A stretch of 63,748 nt of DNA from Bradymonadia bacterium (GCA_046290225.1 JBKAGE010000056.1:1-63748); one strand, 5' to 3'. Numbered from the stretch's first letter, positions 53,355 through 63,665 are shown. Notes: generated from the letters alone by a model not told the origin. Numbers and translations are program-made.

Positions 53355-55739
53355 ATGCTGACCAACGAACTCAGAATTGCCATCGAAACCGCGTTGCAGA
53401 ACGCACAGCATCGCCGGCAGGAGATCGCCGGCACCGAGCACCTGTTCCTGGCGCTCCTGCACGATCCCGTCACAGCCAGAGCCGTCAAACGGTGTGGCGG
53501 TGACGTCCGTGACTTGATCCACCAGGTCGAAGACTTCCTCGACGAGCATCTCATGCCCGTACCTGGCGAGTTTCCTGTCGAGCCTCAGCCTTCCCTCGGG
53601 TTTCAAGAGGCCGTCAATCGGGCGTTGTTCAACGCCCAGAGCTCCGAGCGCAACGAGGTCGCCGGCCCTCACGTGCTCATCGCCATGTTCAACCTCAAAG
53701 ATTGTCACTCCACCTACCTGTTGCAGAAGCAGGGCATCAGCAAGATCGAGCTGATGGAGTACGTCTCCCACAGCTGGGAAGGCGAAGACGACGAGGAGGA
53801 CGAGATCAGCCCCAGCCAGGGGCGGGGGACCGACAGCGAAGAAGGTGAGACCGAGAGCGGTGAGAAGGCCAACCCCAAGAAGGCCCTCGAGCAGTTCACC
53901 GTCAACCTGAACTTCGAGGCCGCCGAGGGGCGCATCGACCCCATGGTGGGTCGAACCAAAGAGCTCGAGCGCACCATCCACATCCTGTGTCGGCGCCGGA
54001 AGAACAACCCCGTCTTCGTCGGCGAGGCTGGGGTGGGCAAGACCGCCATCGTCGAAGGCCTCGCCCTCGCCATTCACAACGGTGAGGTGCCCGAGCCGCT
54101 CCAAGACGCCATCATCTACGCCCTCGACGTTGGCGCCCTCGTCGCCGGTACCCGCTACCGCGGTGACTTCGAGAACCGGCTCAAGGCCGTCGTCAAGCAG
54201 CTCGAGAAGCGCCCCGAGGCCGTACTCTTCGTCGACGAGATTCACACCCTCATCGGCGCCGGTGCTGCCAGCGGTGGCGCCCTCGACGCCTCGAGCATCC
54301 TCAAGCCCCTGCTCGCCCGGGGCAAGATCAGGTGCATCGGCGCCACCACGTGGAAGGAGTTCCGCTCCATCTTCGAGCGGGACAACGCCCTGGCGCGTCG
54401 CTTCCAGAAGATCGACGTCAACGAGCCCACCACTGAAGAGACCGCCGAGATCTTGCGGGGGCTCAAGAGTCGGTACGAAGAGTTCCACAACGTCAGCTTC
54501 GTCGAAGAAGCCCTCGTCGAGGCCGCTCGCCTCGCTGGGCGCTACCTCAACGACCGGCGTCTGCCTGACAAGGCCATCGACGTGATCGACGAGGCCGCCG
54601 CCGAGGTCAAGCTCAAGGGTGAAGACCTCGTTGATGTCGAAGCCATCGAGCGGACCCTCGCTCGGATGGCGCAGATCCCGCCGAAGCGGGTTGCCGAGAA
54701 CGATCGTGAGCGCCTCGGTCGCCTCGAGATCGAGCTCAAGGGAGTCGTTTTTGGTCAGGACGAGGCCGTCGACCAACTCGTGTCGGCCATCAAACTCGCT
54801 CGATCCGGGCTGTCGCACCCCGACAAGCCCATCGGCAACTTCCTGTTCACCGGTCCCACCGGTGTCGGTAAGACCGAGGTTGCACGGCAGCTGTCTCGCG
54901 TGCTCGGTCTCGAGCTGATCCGGTTCGACATGTCGGAGTACATGGAGCGCCACACCGTCAGCAGGCTCATCGGTGCCCCTCCGGGCTATGTGGGCTTCGA
55001 CCAGGGTGGTCTGCTCACCGACGCTGTGAGCAAGAACCCTCACGTGGTGTTGCTGCTCGACGAGATCGAGAAGGCCCACCCCGACGTCTTCAACTTGCTG
55101 CTACAGGTGATGGATCACGGCACGCTGACCGACAACAACGGTAAGAAGGCCGACTTCAGGAACGTGATCTTGATCATGACCAGCAACGTCGGTGCTCGAG
55201 ATCTCGCCCGGACCCGTCCTGGTTTTGCCCCGGCGAATGAGACCCGTAAGGGCGATGACGAAGAGGCGATGAAGCGGCTGTTCAGCCCCGAGTTCCGCAA
55301 CCGGCTCGACGCCCGGATCCGGTTCGCTCCCCTTGACCCGGTGGTCATGGGCAGCATCGTCGACAAGTTCCTCAAGCTGCTCTCGTTACAGCTCGCCGAG
55401 CGCAACGTCACCATCGAGGCCACTGAGGCCGCTCGGGCGTTGCTCGCCAAGGAAGGCTACGATCGAGAGAACGGCGCCCGCCCCATGGATCGCGTGATCC
55501 GCCAGCGCATCAAGCGCAAGCTCGCCGACGATATGCTCTTCGGCGATCTCAAAGACGGCGGTCATGTGGTCATCGACATCGAAGACGACGACTTCGTGAT
55601 GAAGTGCTCGCCGAAGGTGGCTGATCCTGTGGAGTCGGTGGTCAACGAGGCCGCTGACGCTGCCGAGGAGGCAGAGGCCTCAGATGAGGGAGAAGACGCC
55701 AAGGTGGCCTTGAAGAAGACTCCCGAAGAAGACTCCTGA
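53355..55739 (+). CDS. clpA: ATP-dependent Clp protease ATP-binding subunit ClpA
   Basis: EHLFLALL N-domain; GEAGVGKT and GPTGVGKT Walker A motifs; no middle coiled coil; [14 protein letters not shown] loop; downstream of clpS. Confidence 0.95.
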   Translation: MLTNELRIAIETALQNAQHRRQEIAGTEHLFLALLHDPVTARAVKRCGGDVRDLIHQVEDFLDEHLMPVPGEFPVEPQPSLGFQEAVNRALFNAQSSERNEVAGPHVLIAMFNLKDCHSTYLLQKQGISKIELMEYVSHSWEGEDDEEDEISPSQGRGTDSEEGETESGEKANPKKALEQFTVNLNFEAAEGRIDPMVGRTKELERTIHILCRRRKNNPVFVGEAGVGKTAIVEGLALAIHNGEVPEPLQDAIIYALDVGALVAGTRYRGDFENRLKAVVKQLEKRPEAVLFVDEIHTLIGAGAASGGALDASSILKPLLARGKIRCIGATTWKEFRSIFERDNALARRFQKIDVNEPTTEETAEILRGLKSRYEEFHNVSFVEEALVEAARLAGRYLNDRRLPDKAIDVIDEAAAEVKLKGEDLVDVEAIERTLARMAQIPPKRVAENDRERLGRLEIELKGVVFGQDEAVDQLVSAIKLARSGLSHPDKPIGNFLFTGPTGVGKTEVARQLSRVLGLELIRFDMSEYMERHTVSRLIGAPPGYVGFDQGGLLTDAVSKNPHVVLLLDEIEKAHPDVFNLLLQVMDHGTLTDNNGKKADFRNVILIMTSNVGARDLARTRPGFAPANETRKGDDEEAMKRLFSPEFRNRLDARIRFAPLDPVVMGSIVDKFLKLLSLQLAERNVTIEATEAARALLAKEGYDRENGARPMDRVIRQRIKRKLADDMLFGDLKDGGHVVIDIEDDDFVMKCSPKVADPVESVVNEAADAAEEAEASDEGEDAKVALKKTPEEDS

Positions 55740-55765
55740 AGCGGACGCACGACGGCGCGCGAGCA

Positions 55766-55789
55766 TCGAGCTGAGGATCCTCAGCTCGA
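55766..55789. terminator. Perfect 24-bp palindrome between convergent genes (possible terminator or protein-binding site)
   Basis: TCGAGCTGAGGATCCTCAGCTCGA; no downstream U-tract on either strand. Confidence 0.4.
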
Positions 55790-55849
55790 AAATCATTCTG
55801 CCAAACATGTCAGGTGATGCTCTGGGCTCAGCGCACGCTCGTGTCTCGC

Positions 55850-58594
55850 TCAGCGGCTGAACAGGCCGATGCCGAAGGCGTCGTCCGCCTTCACGTCCCG
55901 TCCCAGATCGAGGCGGTGGAACAGAGAGTCACCTCGGCTCGAGACACACCGCTCGTTCCCGCTGATGTCTCTCACCTCTGCCGGACACTCACTCCAGGTC
56001 TCTCCACCGTCAGTGACGTCATCCTGGTTTGCGGCCCAGGCGATGAAGACCGCTGCTGATTCAGCCATCGACGCCGCTCGGTCTGGATCTGCAGGATCGG
56101 TGCAGATGAAGGCGATGCCCAGATCGTCATCTTGATTTACATCGCCCACGAGCTGCATCGTTCTGAATTGCCGATCCCCTCCGCTGCTGACACAACGCTT
56201 CTGGTCGACGACACCTTCATCGGCTGCAGGACAAGGGCCCCAGTCTACAGTGTTGTTGGGGCCGAGGTTGATGTCGGCATGACCGAGGTAGATCTTGCAG
56301 CGGCTCTCGATCCAGGCGGAGAGCTCGGGCCTCACCTGATCGTCACAGGTGAAGGCGATGCCCAAGCTGTCGTTCTCGTTCACGTCGCCGTCGATGTCCA
56401 AGACCCGGAACCGGCTGTCACCTCGGGTGGAAGTACACCGCGTGTTCCCCCCATCATCGAAGTCATCTTCCATACAGTCGCCAAAGGTTGCACTGGGCGA
56501 CTCTGGTCCTTCGTCGTTGTCCGCCTGGCCCAGCCAGACCCGACACTGACGGGCGATGTAGGGACCACAGACGCGCTCTTCGTCCACATGGCCATCACAG
56601 TCGTCGTCGATGCCATTGCACAGCTCGTCGTCGGGCTCTCCGGCCTCGGCACCGCAGGTGACCCCGTTGGCGAAGTCGCAGATGTTCACGCCAGCGCGCT
56701 CACAGGCGCCCTGGCCCACTGTACAGGCCTCGCCGAGGCCGGGGATGTCTTCGTCGGAGGCGCCGTCGCAGTCATCATCGGCGCCATTGCAGAGCTCTTC
56801 TCTGGGCAGCCCGGGTAGAGTGCTGCAGATGACGTCGTCGTTCGGCCCACAGATGTTGATGCCCTGGCGGATACACAGGCCAATGCCCACCTGACAGAGC
56901 TGGCCGAGGTTCAGATCTTCGTCGGTGAGGCCGTCACAGTCATCGTCGACGTCATTGCAGATCTCGTCTTCAGGCTCGCCAGGGGTGGCGTCACATGTGA
57001 GCCCACCTTGAGGATCACAGCGCCAGGTGCCCTGGGATCGACAGGCACCGATGCCCAGCAGGCAGGGGTTGTTCAATGCAGGAAAAAGCTCGTCGACCTG
57101 TCCGTCGCAGTCGTCATCAATGCCGTTGCACAACTCGGGAATGGGCTCTCCAGGCTCGACCCCGCAGACCACATCGCCGGCTTCGCCACAGGTCGTGATC
57201 CCTGCCCGGTTGCACTGGCCGATGCCCACAGCACAGACCTGACCGAGCCCTAATCCTTCGTCGGTGAGGCCGTCACAGTCTTCGTCGATGCCGTTGCACG
57301 TCTCTGGTGCTGGCTGCCCTGGCGTCGCATCACAGAGCAGGTCACCTGCTTCGCCGCAGCGCCACAGGCCTTGGGCTGTGCAGGCGCCGATGCCCAGGCT
57401 GCAGGGTCGGTCGAGATCGAGAAAGTCTTCGTCGGTGATGCCGTCACAGTCGTCGTCGAGATCATTACAGAGCTCCAGCTCGGGGAGCAGCGGCTCTGCA
57501 TTGCAGGTCACCATGCCGAGTGGATCGCACACCGCTGTTCCGCGGTTGAGGCAGATGCCGATGCCCACCTCACAGGTCAGGCCGACACCGAGGCCCTCAT
57601 CGGCGGCGCCATCACAGTCGTCATCGATGCTGTTGCACGACTCTGTTGCCGGGCGCCCGGGCACAGCATCACAGCTGACCTCGCCATCTTCGTCGCATTG
57701 CCATGTGCCCAGCTGGCGGCAGAAGCCCAGGCCCACTGCGCATTCTCCGCCGAGCGCGGGGAAGGCTTCGTCGATCTCGGCGTCACAGTCGTCGTCAAGC
57801 CCATTGCATTGCTCTGGCGAGGGCTGGAGAGGCTCTGCGTTGCACAGCACCGCGTTGTCGCCGCAGATGAGCTGACCCTCGGCGACACACTGGCCGATGC
57901 CGAGGGTGCACAGATCACCCAGGCCCAGATCTTCATCGACGTCGCCATCACAATCATTGTCGGCGCCGTCACATTGCTCTTCGATGGGTGGAGCCGGGTT
58001 GGCGGTGCACATGAGGCCACCTGCGGCATTGCAACGCCATATGCCAGAGGCGCGGCACTCGCCGAGGCCCTCGACACAGGCGGTGTCGAGATCGAGGAAT
58101 GTCTCGTCTGTCTGGCCATCGCAGTCGTCATCGAGATCGTTGCATTGCTCGTCTTCTGGCGTGCCGGGCTCTACATCACACCGTATGACGGGCGCACCGG
58201 ACTCATCGACCTGGCAACTCAGTTGCCCTCGACGGGTGCACAGCCCAATCCCCACCTGGCAAGGGGTGTCGAGGCCGAGGCCTTCGTCGATCTCGTCATC
58301 GCAGTCGTCGTCGAGATCGTTGCACAGCTCTTCTTGGGGCACACACGCGGCGTCGGCTGGGGACATGTCGGCCAGCTCGGCGTCTTCGAGCATTTCGCTG
58401 TCAGGCTGCAACACTGCGCCGTCGTGGGCGGCATCTTCAGGGCCTTCATCAACAAGGAAGGTGCCATCAGTTGAGATGGGTGAGCCATCGTTCTCATCGA
58501 GGCCGCCATCGAGGCCCGAAGCCTCGGGGAACTGAGCAGTACAACCCCAGGCCAGGAGGCTGAGAGCGACGAGCGGAATCAGAGGGCAACGCAT
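55850..58594 (-). CDS. Lipoprotein with 11 MopE-related putative metal-binding repeats and a triplicated C-terminal domain
   Basis: Lipobox AWGC; 11 ExC[ND]xxDxDCDxxxDE repeats; three RCxSxxGDxxF...DVxxxDxxGI units. Confidence 0.85.
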   Translation of the reverse strand: MRCPLIPLVALSLLAWGCTAQFPEASGLDGGLDENDGSPISTDGTFLVDEGPEDAAHDGAVLQPDSEMLEDAELADMSPADAACVPQEELCNDLDDDCDDEIDEGLGLDTPCQVGIGLCTRRGQLSCQVDESGAPVIRCDVEPGTPEDEQCNDLDDDCDGQTDETFLDLDTACVEGLGECRASGIWRCNAAGGLMCTANPAPPIEEQCDGADNDCDGDVDEDLGLGDLCTLGIGQCVAEGQLICGDNAVLCNAEPLQPSPEQCNGLDDDCDAEIDEAFPALGGECAVGLGFCRQLGTWQCDEDGEVSCDAVPGRPATESCNSIDDDCDGAADEGLGVGLTCEVGIGICLNRGTAVCDPLGMVTCNAEPLLPELELCNDLDDDCDGITDEDFLDLDRPCSLGIGACTAQGLWRCGEAGDLLCDATPGQPAPETCNGIDEDCDGLTDEGLGLGQVCAVGIGQCNRAGITTCGEAGDVVCGVEPGEPIPELCNGIDDDCDGQVDELFPALNNPCLLGIGACRSQGTWRCDPQGGLTCDATPGEPEDEICNDVDDDCDGLTDEDLNLGQLCQVGIGLCIRQGINICGPNDDVICSTLPGLPREELCNGADDDCDGASDEDIPGLGEACTVGQGACERAGVNICDFANGVTCGAEAGEPDDELCNGIDDDCDGHVDEERVCGPYIARQCRVWLGQADNDEGPESPSATFGDCMEDDFDDGGNTRCTSTRGDSRFRVLDIDGDVNENDSLGIAFTCDDQVRPELSAWIESRCKIYLGHADINLGPNNTVDWGPCPAADEGVVDQKRCVSSGGDRQFRTMQLVGDVNQDDDLGIAFICTDPADPDRAASMAESAAVFIAWAANQDDVTDGGETWSECPAEVRDISGNERCVSSRGDSLFHRLDLGRDVKADDAFGIGLFSR

Positions 58595-58674
58595 GGTGCG
58601 CAGCATAGCAAAAGCCCGAGAATCAAAAGTAGCCGTGTCTTGGATAAGTGAGCGTGTGAATCAAGTCGGAACAC

Positions 58675-59169
58675 TCAGCTGTCGACCTGAGCCAGCCAGC
58701 GTGTCAAAGAGGAACGATCGATGGGCCGGGCGCTGCCCGCAGGTACGATCCGAGGTGGGTCGGGCAGTACCGCGAGAGGCGATTGTCCCGGGCCTGCACG
58801 GCGACTCAGGGCCCGAGAGAGCAGCTCACCGGGTGCCGATGGCGAGCTGTGCGTGGGGAGCAACAAGCCTGGGGCTCCTGGATCCCACCCCAAGTAGTGC
58901 ACACCGTCCACCCATGGAAGAGGTGGTGCCTGGGGTCGCTCTGCAGCGGTAGGCTCTGCATTGGCAGGCGCGATGTCAGGGCCATGAGGTCGAGGATCGA
59001 GCACCAGTAACACCTCAGGCCCCGCGACGCCGCGATAGAGCGCCAGGATGTCATCGGAGAGCTCGAGCAGACGTCGGCCGAGGGCCACCGCAGTGGAGCG
59101 GCCCCACCCCACTGCGGCGATGGGGTCGAGCGGGTGTGGTCGAGGGTGCCACTGAAGTTGGCCCAACAT
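58675..59169 (-). CDS. bpX5-like protein (MoxR-vWA-beta-propeller ternary system component)
   Basis: WHPRPHPL, LGRRLL, YRGVAG, LPWVDGVHYLGWDPGAPGLLLPT, LLSRAL; directly downstream of the MoxR ATPase; assignment from recalled motif. Confidence 0.7.
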   Translation of the reverse strand: MLGQLQWHPRPHPLDPIAAVGWGRSTAVALGRRLLELSDDILALYRGVAGPEVLLVLDPRPHGPDIAPANAEPTAAERPQAPPLPWVDGVHYLGWDPGAPGLLLPTHSSPSAPGELLSRALSRRAGPGQSPLAVLPDPPRIVPAGSARPIDRSSLTRWLAQVDS

Positions 59170-59171
59170 GC

Positions 59172-60326
59172 TCAACTCTGCTCACTGTTCAGCGCGGTGA
59201 CCACCTGGGATCTGATCTCGGCGAGCTTGGGCGGCAGATCGTCTACAGCGAAGGCGGCGTCGATCTCTCGGGCCACACCTTCGAGGCGCAATCGCCAATC
59301 TGGGCGATCTGCGCCTGAGGGTGGAGTTGAGAGCAGCGCCGAGCCTGCCTGTACCAGGCGCTCGGCCCTTGCGAGGCGCCCTTGGGATGCATCTTCTGCT
59401 GCCGCGGCGAGGGCTGTGTTTTCAGAGGCCGAGAGCAGATCTCGGAGCAGGTCGCGGGCGGCGCTCTGAGCCTCTGGGCTCGGCAGTGCGTAGATGAGCG
59501 GCCACAGATCGCCTGGCCCGGGGGTGTCGCGGCCTGCGAGCACTGCGGCTGCCGTGGCCAGTTTTTGAATCTTCACCACGCGTCGATCGGAAAGGTGCAA
59601 CCCCGCGCTGCGCAAGCGACGAACGGCTTGAGCAAGGTGGGGGCGAATCGATGTGGGATCACACGCTCGGGCAGCACGGGAGAGCGTGTCGAGATCGGCA
59701 AGGGCCGCCACGGCTGAGCCGGGAGGGCCTCCAGCTGTCCAGCCCCCTGCGAGCAGATCTTCGAGCTGGGTATCGGACACTGGCTGCACGAAGCACCGGA
59801 GCAAGAACCGGTCGGCAAAGGCAGAGAGGCTCGGATCTGCTGGCAAGTCGTTCGAGGCCCCTACGCAGACCTTGAGCGGGCACTTCACCGTGGTGTGCCC
59901 ACGGCGAAAGACACGCTCGTTGAGCACGCCCAGCAAGGTGTTGAGGATGGCTGTGCTGCCGAGGAAAACCTCATCGAGGAACACCAGCTCTGCCTCGGGG
60001 AGCATGTTCGTGGTGTCGGTATGTACCTCGCCGGCCCGTAGCCGCCTCAAGTCGACAGGGCCGAATATCTCATTGGGCTCGGTGAATCGGCCGAGGAGAT
60101 ATTCGAAGTACCTGGCATCGATGGCCCGAGCCACTCGACGCACAGCCTCACTCTTGGCGGTGCCCGGCGGGCCGATGACGAGCAAGTGCTCGCCAGCGAC
60201 GGCGGCGAGAGCCACCAGCTCGATGAGCACCTCGCGATCCACGAGGCCATGGGCAGATTGTTTCAAGGCGGCATCGACCCGCTGGGCAGCTGCCTCTCTT
60301 TCCGCGGCTGGGAGGGAATTTTGCAT
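59172..60326 (-). CDS. MoxR/RavA-like AAA+ ATPase
   Basis: GLVDRE, EHLLVIGPPGTAKS, FTEPNEIFGP, VFLDEVF, SAILN-like STAILNTLL, ASN, DRF, SDRR. Confidence 0.92.
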   Translation of the reverse strand: MQNSLPAAEREAAAQRVDAALKQSAHGLVDREVLIELVALAAVAGEHLLVIGPPGTAKSEAVRRVARAIDARYFEYLLGRFTEPNEIFGPVDLRRLRAGEVHTDTTNMLPEAELVFLDEVFLGSTAILNTLLGVLNERVFRRGHTTVKCPLKVCVGASNDLPADPSLSAFADRFLLRCFVQPVSDTQLEDLLAGGWTAGGPPGSAVAALADLDTLSRAARACDPTSIRPHLAQAVRRLRSAGLHLSDRRVVKIQKLATAAAVLAGRDTPGPGDLWPLIYALPSPEAQSAARDLLRDLLSASENTALAAAAEDASQGRLARAERLVQAGSALLSTPPSGADRPDWRLRLEGVAREIDAAFAVDDLPPKLAEIRSQVVTALNSEQS

Positions 60327-60440
60327 GGAGCCATCTTTAGGCCAAAAGTGTGTTGGATACCAGGAAGCCATACGGCATAAGCGAGACCGCGCGATCGTTG
60401 GTATACGCGCGGAGCTGAACAGCGGGAGTCGAGCGGACGC

Positions 60441-63400
60441 ATGAAGTTGACGAGCAGATATCTCTCTCAGTGGTCGCCCAGTGTGCGGCGCGGTGGCTCG
60501 GTGCTCTGCCTGGCGGCGCTCGGCGCTCTCGCCGGATGTGGCGAGAAACCCGGCCCCGCCGACACTGGCGTCAAGACCACCGCAGATGCCGGTAAGCAGA
60601 CCACTCAGCAGACGCCCGTCAAGCAGGCTCTGGGCGGCGCCTATGGTGAGGCCATCTCCGCCCTTGGAGAAGGCGCCGCTGCCGTCGTGCTCGTGCATCC
60701 CGGCGAGTGGTCCTCGGTGGGGCTGTTTGTCACAGCCTTTGCTGGAGACGCCCTGCCGACGCCGGTGAGCTTCACGTCAGTGCTCCGCCTTGCGAGTGAG
60801 GCCTTGCTGCCACTGCCGGCCACGATGCCAGGCCTCGACGAGGGTCGTCCCCTGGGGGTGGCCCTCGGGGAGCCACTGCTCGATGGCCCCCCTGGCCAGG
60901 CGACAGGTCTCGGACTCGAGGGGGCAGTGCCTGGGGTACGCCATCAGATCAGGGTGCCCGTGAAGTCGCCCGATCAGCTCATGACTGCCTGGTCGGCCCA
61001 CCTCGATCACCTCGGCCCCAGTCAGCCCCACAATGGTGGGAAGGCCTGGGCGTTGCCCGAGGGCCAGTGGATCACCCTCATTGCTGAGAAGTCCCACGTC
61101 CGAGGTGTGTTGATCACCCACGCGACGCAGACGAAGGGCAAGCCGCCGGCAGGGCTCAAAGCGCCCGAGCCTTCAGCAGGGCCGCTCACGCCAGCTCTGA
61201 AGCACTTCTCCGAGCTGAAGGCGCCGATGAGCGCTCTGGTGCGGTCCTGGCAGCTGGCGCCGCTCACCGCAGAGCTCGGCATGGCCAACGCGCAGATGGC
61301 CATTCAGTCCGCGCCTGATGCTCTGAAGGGCAAGTTGATGACCGCCGCTCAGAGCCTGGTGGCCTTCTCCGAAGCCATCATGGTCGATGGGGGGGCCACC
61401 TTCGACGATCATGTCTTCGAGCTGAAGGCTGACGCGGGTGGGGTGAGCGTGCAGGTGAACTCCAGCTTCACCACACAAGGCGCGAAGGCGTTCACTGCTG
61501 CTATGGCCGCAGGTCGGGCCGCTGCGTTGAAGGGGCAGCCTGAGTACTTCACCGATGTGCACGTGGGCGCCAGCATCGGCGCGCTGCTCAAGGCCACACC
61601 TGAGGCCATGCCCTGGCGGGCGATGCAAGATCAGGACGCGTTCTCCGAGAGCCTCTTCGGGTGTGGTCTCGGCTGCAATGCCTACGCGTTGCTCCGCGCA
61701 CCTCTGCCCGTGCTCAAAACCCTCGACCGTCTCGATGCAGACACACACGCGGTGTTGCCCTACATCGACGGTGTGCGTCTCCTCGCCGACGAGGGGCAGA
61801 GCTGGGCGTCGATGTGGTCGCTCTCCGACAACGCCAACGTCGCTGGCGTGAAAGCCGGCCTCAAGTCTCTGTATGGTGCCAAGGCCGATGACATTACGCT
61901 GGGCGGCAAGCCGGCGCTGGTCTTGTCGGAGAGCGACGCGCTCAAGGGCGCCCTGGCCGCGACGCCCGAGGCGGAGAAGGCCTTCCTCTCTGTGAAGGTG
62001 ATCCCGGTGCCCAAGATGGGCGGCTTCATCCCCATCGGTGACATGATGAAGCACGTGGACTTCGTCTCGGTGAAGAGCGTGCCCTCCGATCGTGTCTTGA
62101 GCACCCGCGTGTCACTGCAAATCAAGGGCGCGAAGGCGCCTGAGAGCACAGCCCTGACCGCGCAGGTGCCTGCCCACCCATCGATCCACCGCTCTGAAGG
62201 GGCTGACAACGCCTGCTTGAACAAGGCCATGCTCAAGACGGCCCTGGCGTTGGGCAAGATGCGTGATGTGGATGCAGGCAGCCCCCTGGAGTCACAGGTT
62301 TTGACGCAGACCGCTCAGAAGGTGGCTGCAGATCTGAAGTGTGCCCGCCAGTCGGCCTCCACCGCATCAGGGGTCAAGGGTCTCGAGGCCCTCTATGGCG
62401 ACTGGTTCACGAGGTGGGCCACGCTGACCTGGGAGACGGGTCAGGGTCAGGCCTGGCTGAACGAGCTGTGTGAGGGTCAGGGCCCTGCCTGTGAAGCCCG
62501 TGATGCGTTGGCCAAATCGTTGGAGGTCAAACACATCGAGGCGGAGTACATGTGCCACGCCGACCAGCGGGCGCCTAAGGCCCATGGTGAGCCTCGCCCT
62601 GTGCTGGCGCGTCTGGCCTGGATCAAGGGCAAGGTGCACCTCGACGGCAAACCCACGACCTCTGCTGCGCTGGAGGCGGCCCTGAAGGCAAAGCAGATGG
62701 AAGGTCCTTCGCGGATCGACGTTGCTGTTGAGGGTGATGCGAAGTTCAGTGACATCACCCCTCTTCTGATGGCTGCTCGAGCTGCGGGTGCCGACGAGGT
62801 ACATGCGGTGATCGCCAATGTGGAAGGCGACATCGAGCGGGTGCCCATGGCGGTGGGCCTGGAGAAACTGCCTCGGGCCTCAGGCTTCCTGGTACGGATG
62901 GACGCCGAGGGGTATGGCGTGCGAGGCATCGGGAAGAAGCGCCGCGTGAAGGTGCCCACGGGGGCGACGCTCGCCGAGATGCGCCCGGTGGTGCGCCCGA
63001 AAGCGGACGATGAGGGCTCGGTCTTCGTCTACGCTGCGCCGGGTACGCCCTGGGGCTGGGTGGTGACGGCGGCGAGCTCGCTCTGCCCCAAGGTGGCCCT
63101 GGTAGATGATGCGGGTGACTCTGGTGGTGGTGCTGTGGTGGCGCGCCGCGTGCCGCGTCGACCTTCCAATGACACTGAGCTGGTGGATGATCCGCCATCC
63201 TCGAGCAACGCGGTGGGCAACAGCCGCAAGGCGCAGGCGTCGTTCCGATCCTACGTGCCCCGCATCAAGGCGTGCTACGAGCGCGCCCTGAAGGGCGCCG
63301 GCCCTGACTTCTCGGGCCGCCTCGTCCTGGAGATCGAGGTGGGGGAGAACGGGAAGGTGAAGTCGGCGAAGGCCAACGGCATGAAGCCCCTGCACAAGTG

Positions 63401-63488
63401 CGTACTCGGGGTGGCCCGCCGCGCACGCTTCGCCCCGGGCTCGGGTCCGATCACCCTGAAGATGCCCTTTATCTTCACGCCTCAGTAA
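60441..63488 (+). CDS. Large lipoprotein with ExbD-like domain(s) and a C-terminal AgmX/PglI (TonB-C-like) domain
   Basis: Lipobox LAGC; GKVHLDGK...IDVAVEGDAKFSDITPLLMAARAAG; IKACYERALK...GRLVLEIEVGENGKV...CV...F...PFIF. Confidence 0.75.
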   Translation: MKLTSRYLSQWSPSVRRGGSVLCLAALGALAGCGEKPGPADTGVKTTADAGKQTTQQTPVKQALGGAYGEAISALGEGAAAVVLVHPGEWSSVGLFVTAFAGDALPTPVSFTSVLRLASEALLPLPATMPGLDEGRPLGVALGEPLLDGPPGQATGLGLEGAVPGVRHQIRVPVKSPDQLMTAWSAHLDHLGPSQPHNGGKAWALPEGQWITLIAEKSHVRGVLITHATQTKGKPPAGLKAPEPSAGPLTPALKHFSELKAPMSALVRSWQLAPLTAELGMANAQMAIQSAPDALKGKLMTAAQSLVAFSEAIMVDGGATFDDHVFELKADAGGVSVQVNSSFTTQGAKAFTAAMAAGRAAALKGQPEYFTDVHVGASIGALLKATPEAMPWRAMQDQDAFSESLFGCGLGCNAYALLRAPLPVLKTLDRLDADTHAVLPYIDGVRLLADEGQSWASMWSLSDNANVAGVKAGLKSLYGAKADDITLGGKPALVLSESDALKGALAATPEAEKAFLSVKVIPVPKMGGFIPIGDMMKHVDFVSVKSVPSDRVLSTRVSLQIKGAKAPESTALTAQVPAHPSIHRSEGADNACLNKAMLKTALALGKMRDVDAGSPLESQVLTQTAQKVAADLKCARQSASTASGVKGLEALYGDWFTRWATLTWETGQGQAWLNELCEGQGPACEARDALAKSLEVKHIEAEYMCHADQRAPKAHGEPRPVLARLAWIKGKVHLDGKPTTSAALEAALKAKQMEGPSRIDVAVEGDAKFSDITPLLMAARAAGADEVHAVIANVEGDIERVPMAVGLEKLPRASGFLVRMDAEGYGVRGIGKKRRVKVPTGATLAEMRPVVRPKADDEGSVFVYAAPGTPWGWVVTAASSLCPKVALVDDAGDSGGGAVVARRVPRRPSNDTELVDDPPSSSNAVGNSRKAQASFRSYVPRIKACYERALKGAGPDFSGRLVLEIEVGENGKVKSAKANGMKPLHKCVLGVARRARFAPGSGPITLKMPFIFTPQ

Positions 63489-63489
63489 G

Positions 63490-63665
63490 CTCCGGCGCTG
63501 CGGCGGCGTCAGCCGCCGTGACGCCGGCGATCTCGCGCACAGGCACGACTTTTCCGTCCTCGGCGCAGCGCTGGCAAAGGCCTTCGCTGCGCCTGCGGGT
63601 GAAAAGTCGCGCCTGCACACGACCTCACCGACCTCACGACGACTGCCACCACCTCCGCGCCTCCG
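63490..63665 (-). repeat. Long-hairpin interspersed repeat, best-preserved copy
   Basis: Begins 1 nt after the TAA; arms pair (CAGGCACGACTTTTC with GAAAAGTCGCGCCTG); shares the apical GGCAAARGCCTTCGCT with the 41974 copy. Confidence 0.88.

Noticed and set aside
41974..63665. Hairpin repeats as a CRISPR array, tRNAs or simple rho-independent terminators
   Set aside because: They are dispersed rather than arrayed, no cas genes are present, there is no cloverleaf or T-loop, they are far longer than terminators, they lack a U-tract, and the better-folding strand is antisense to the upstream gene.
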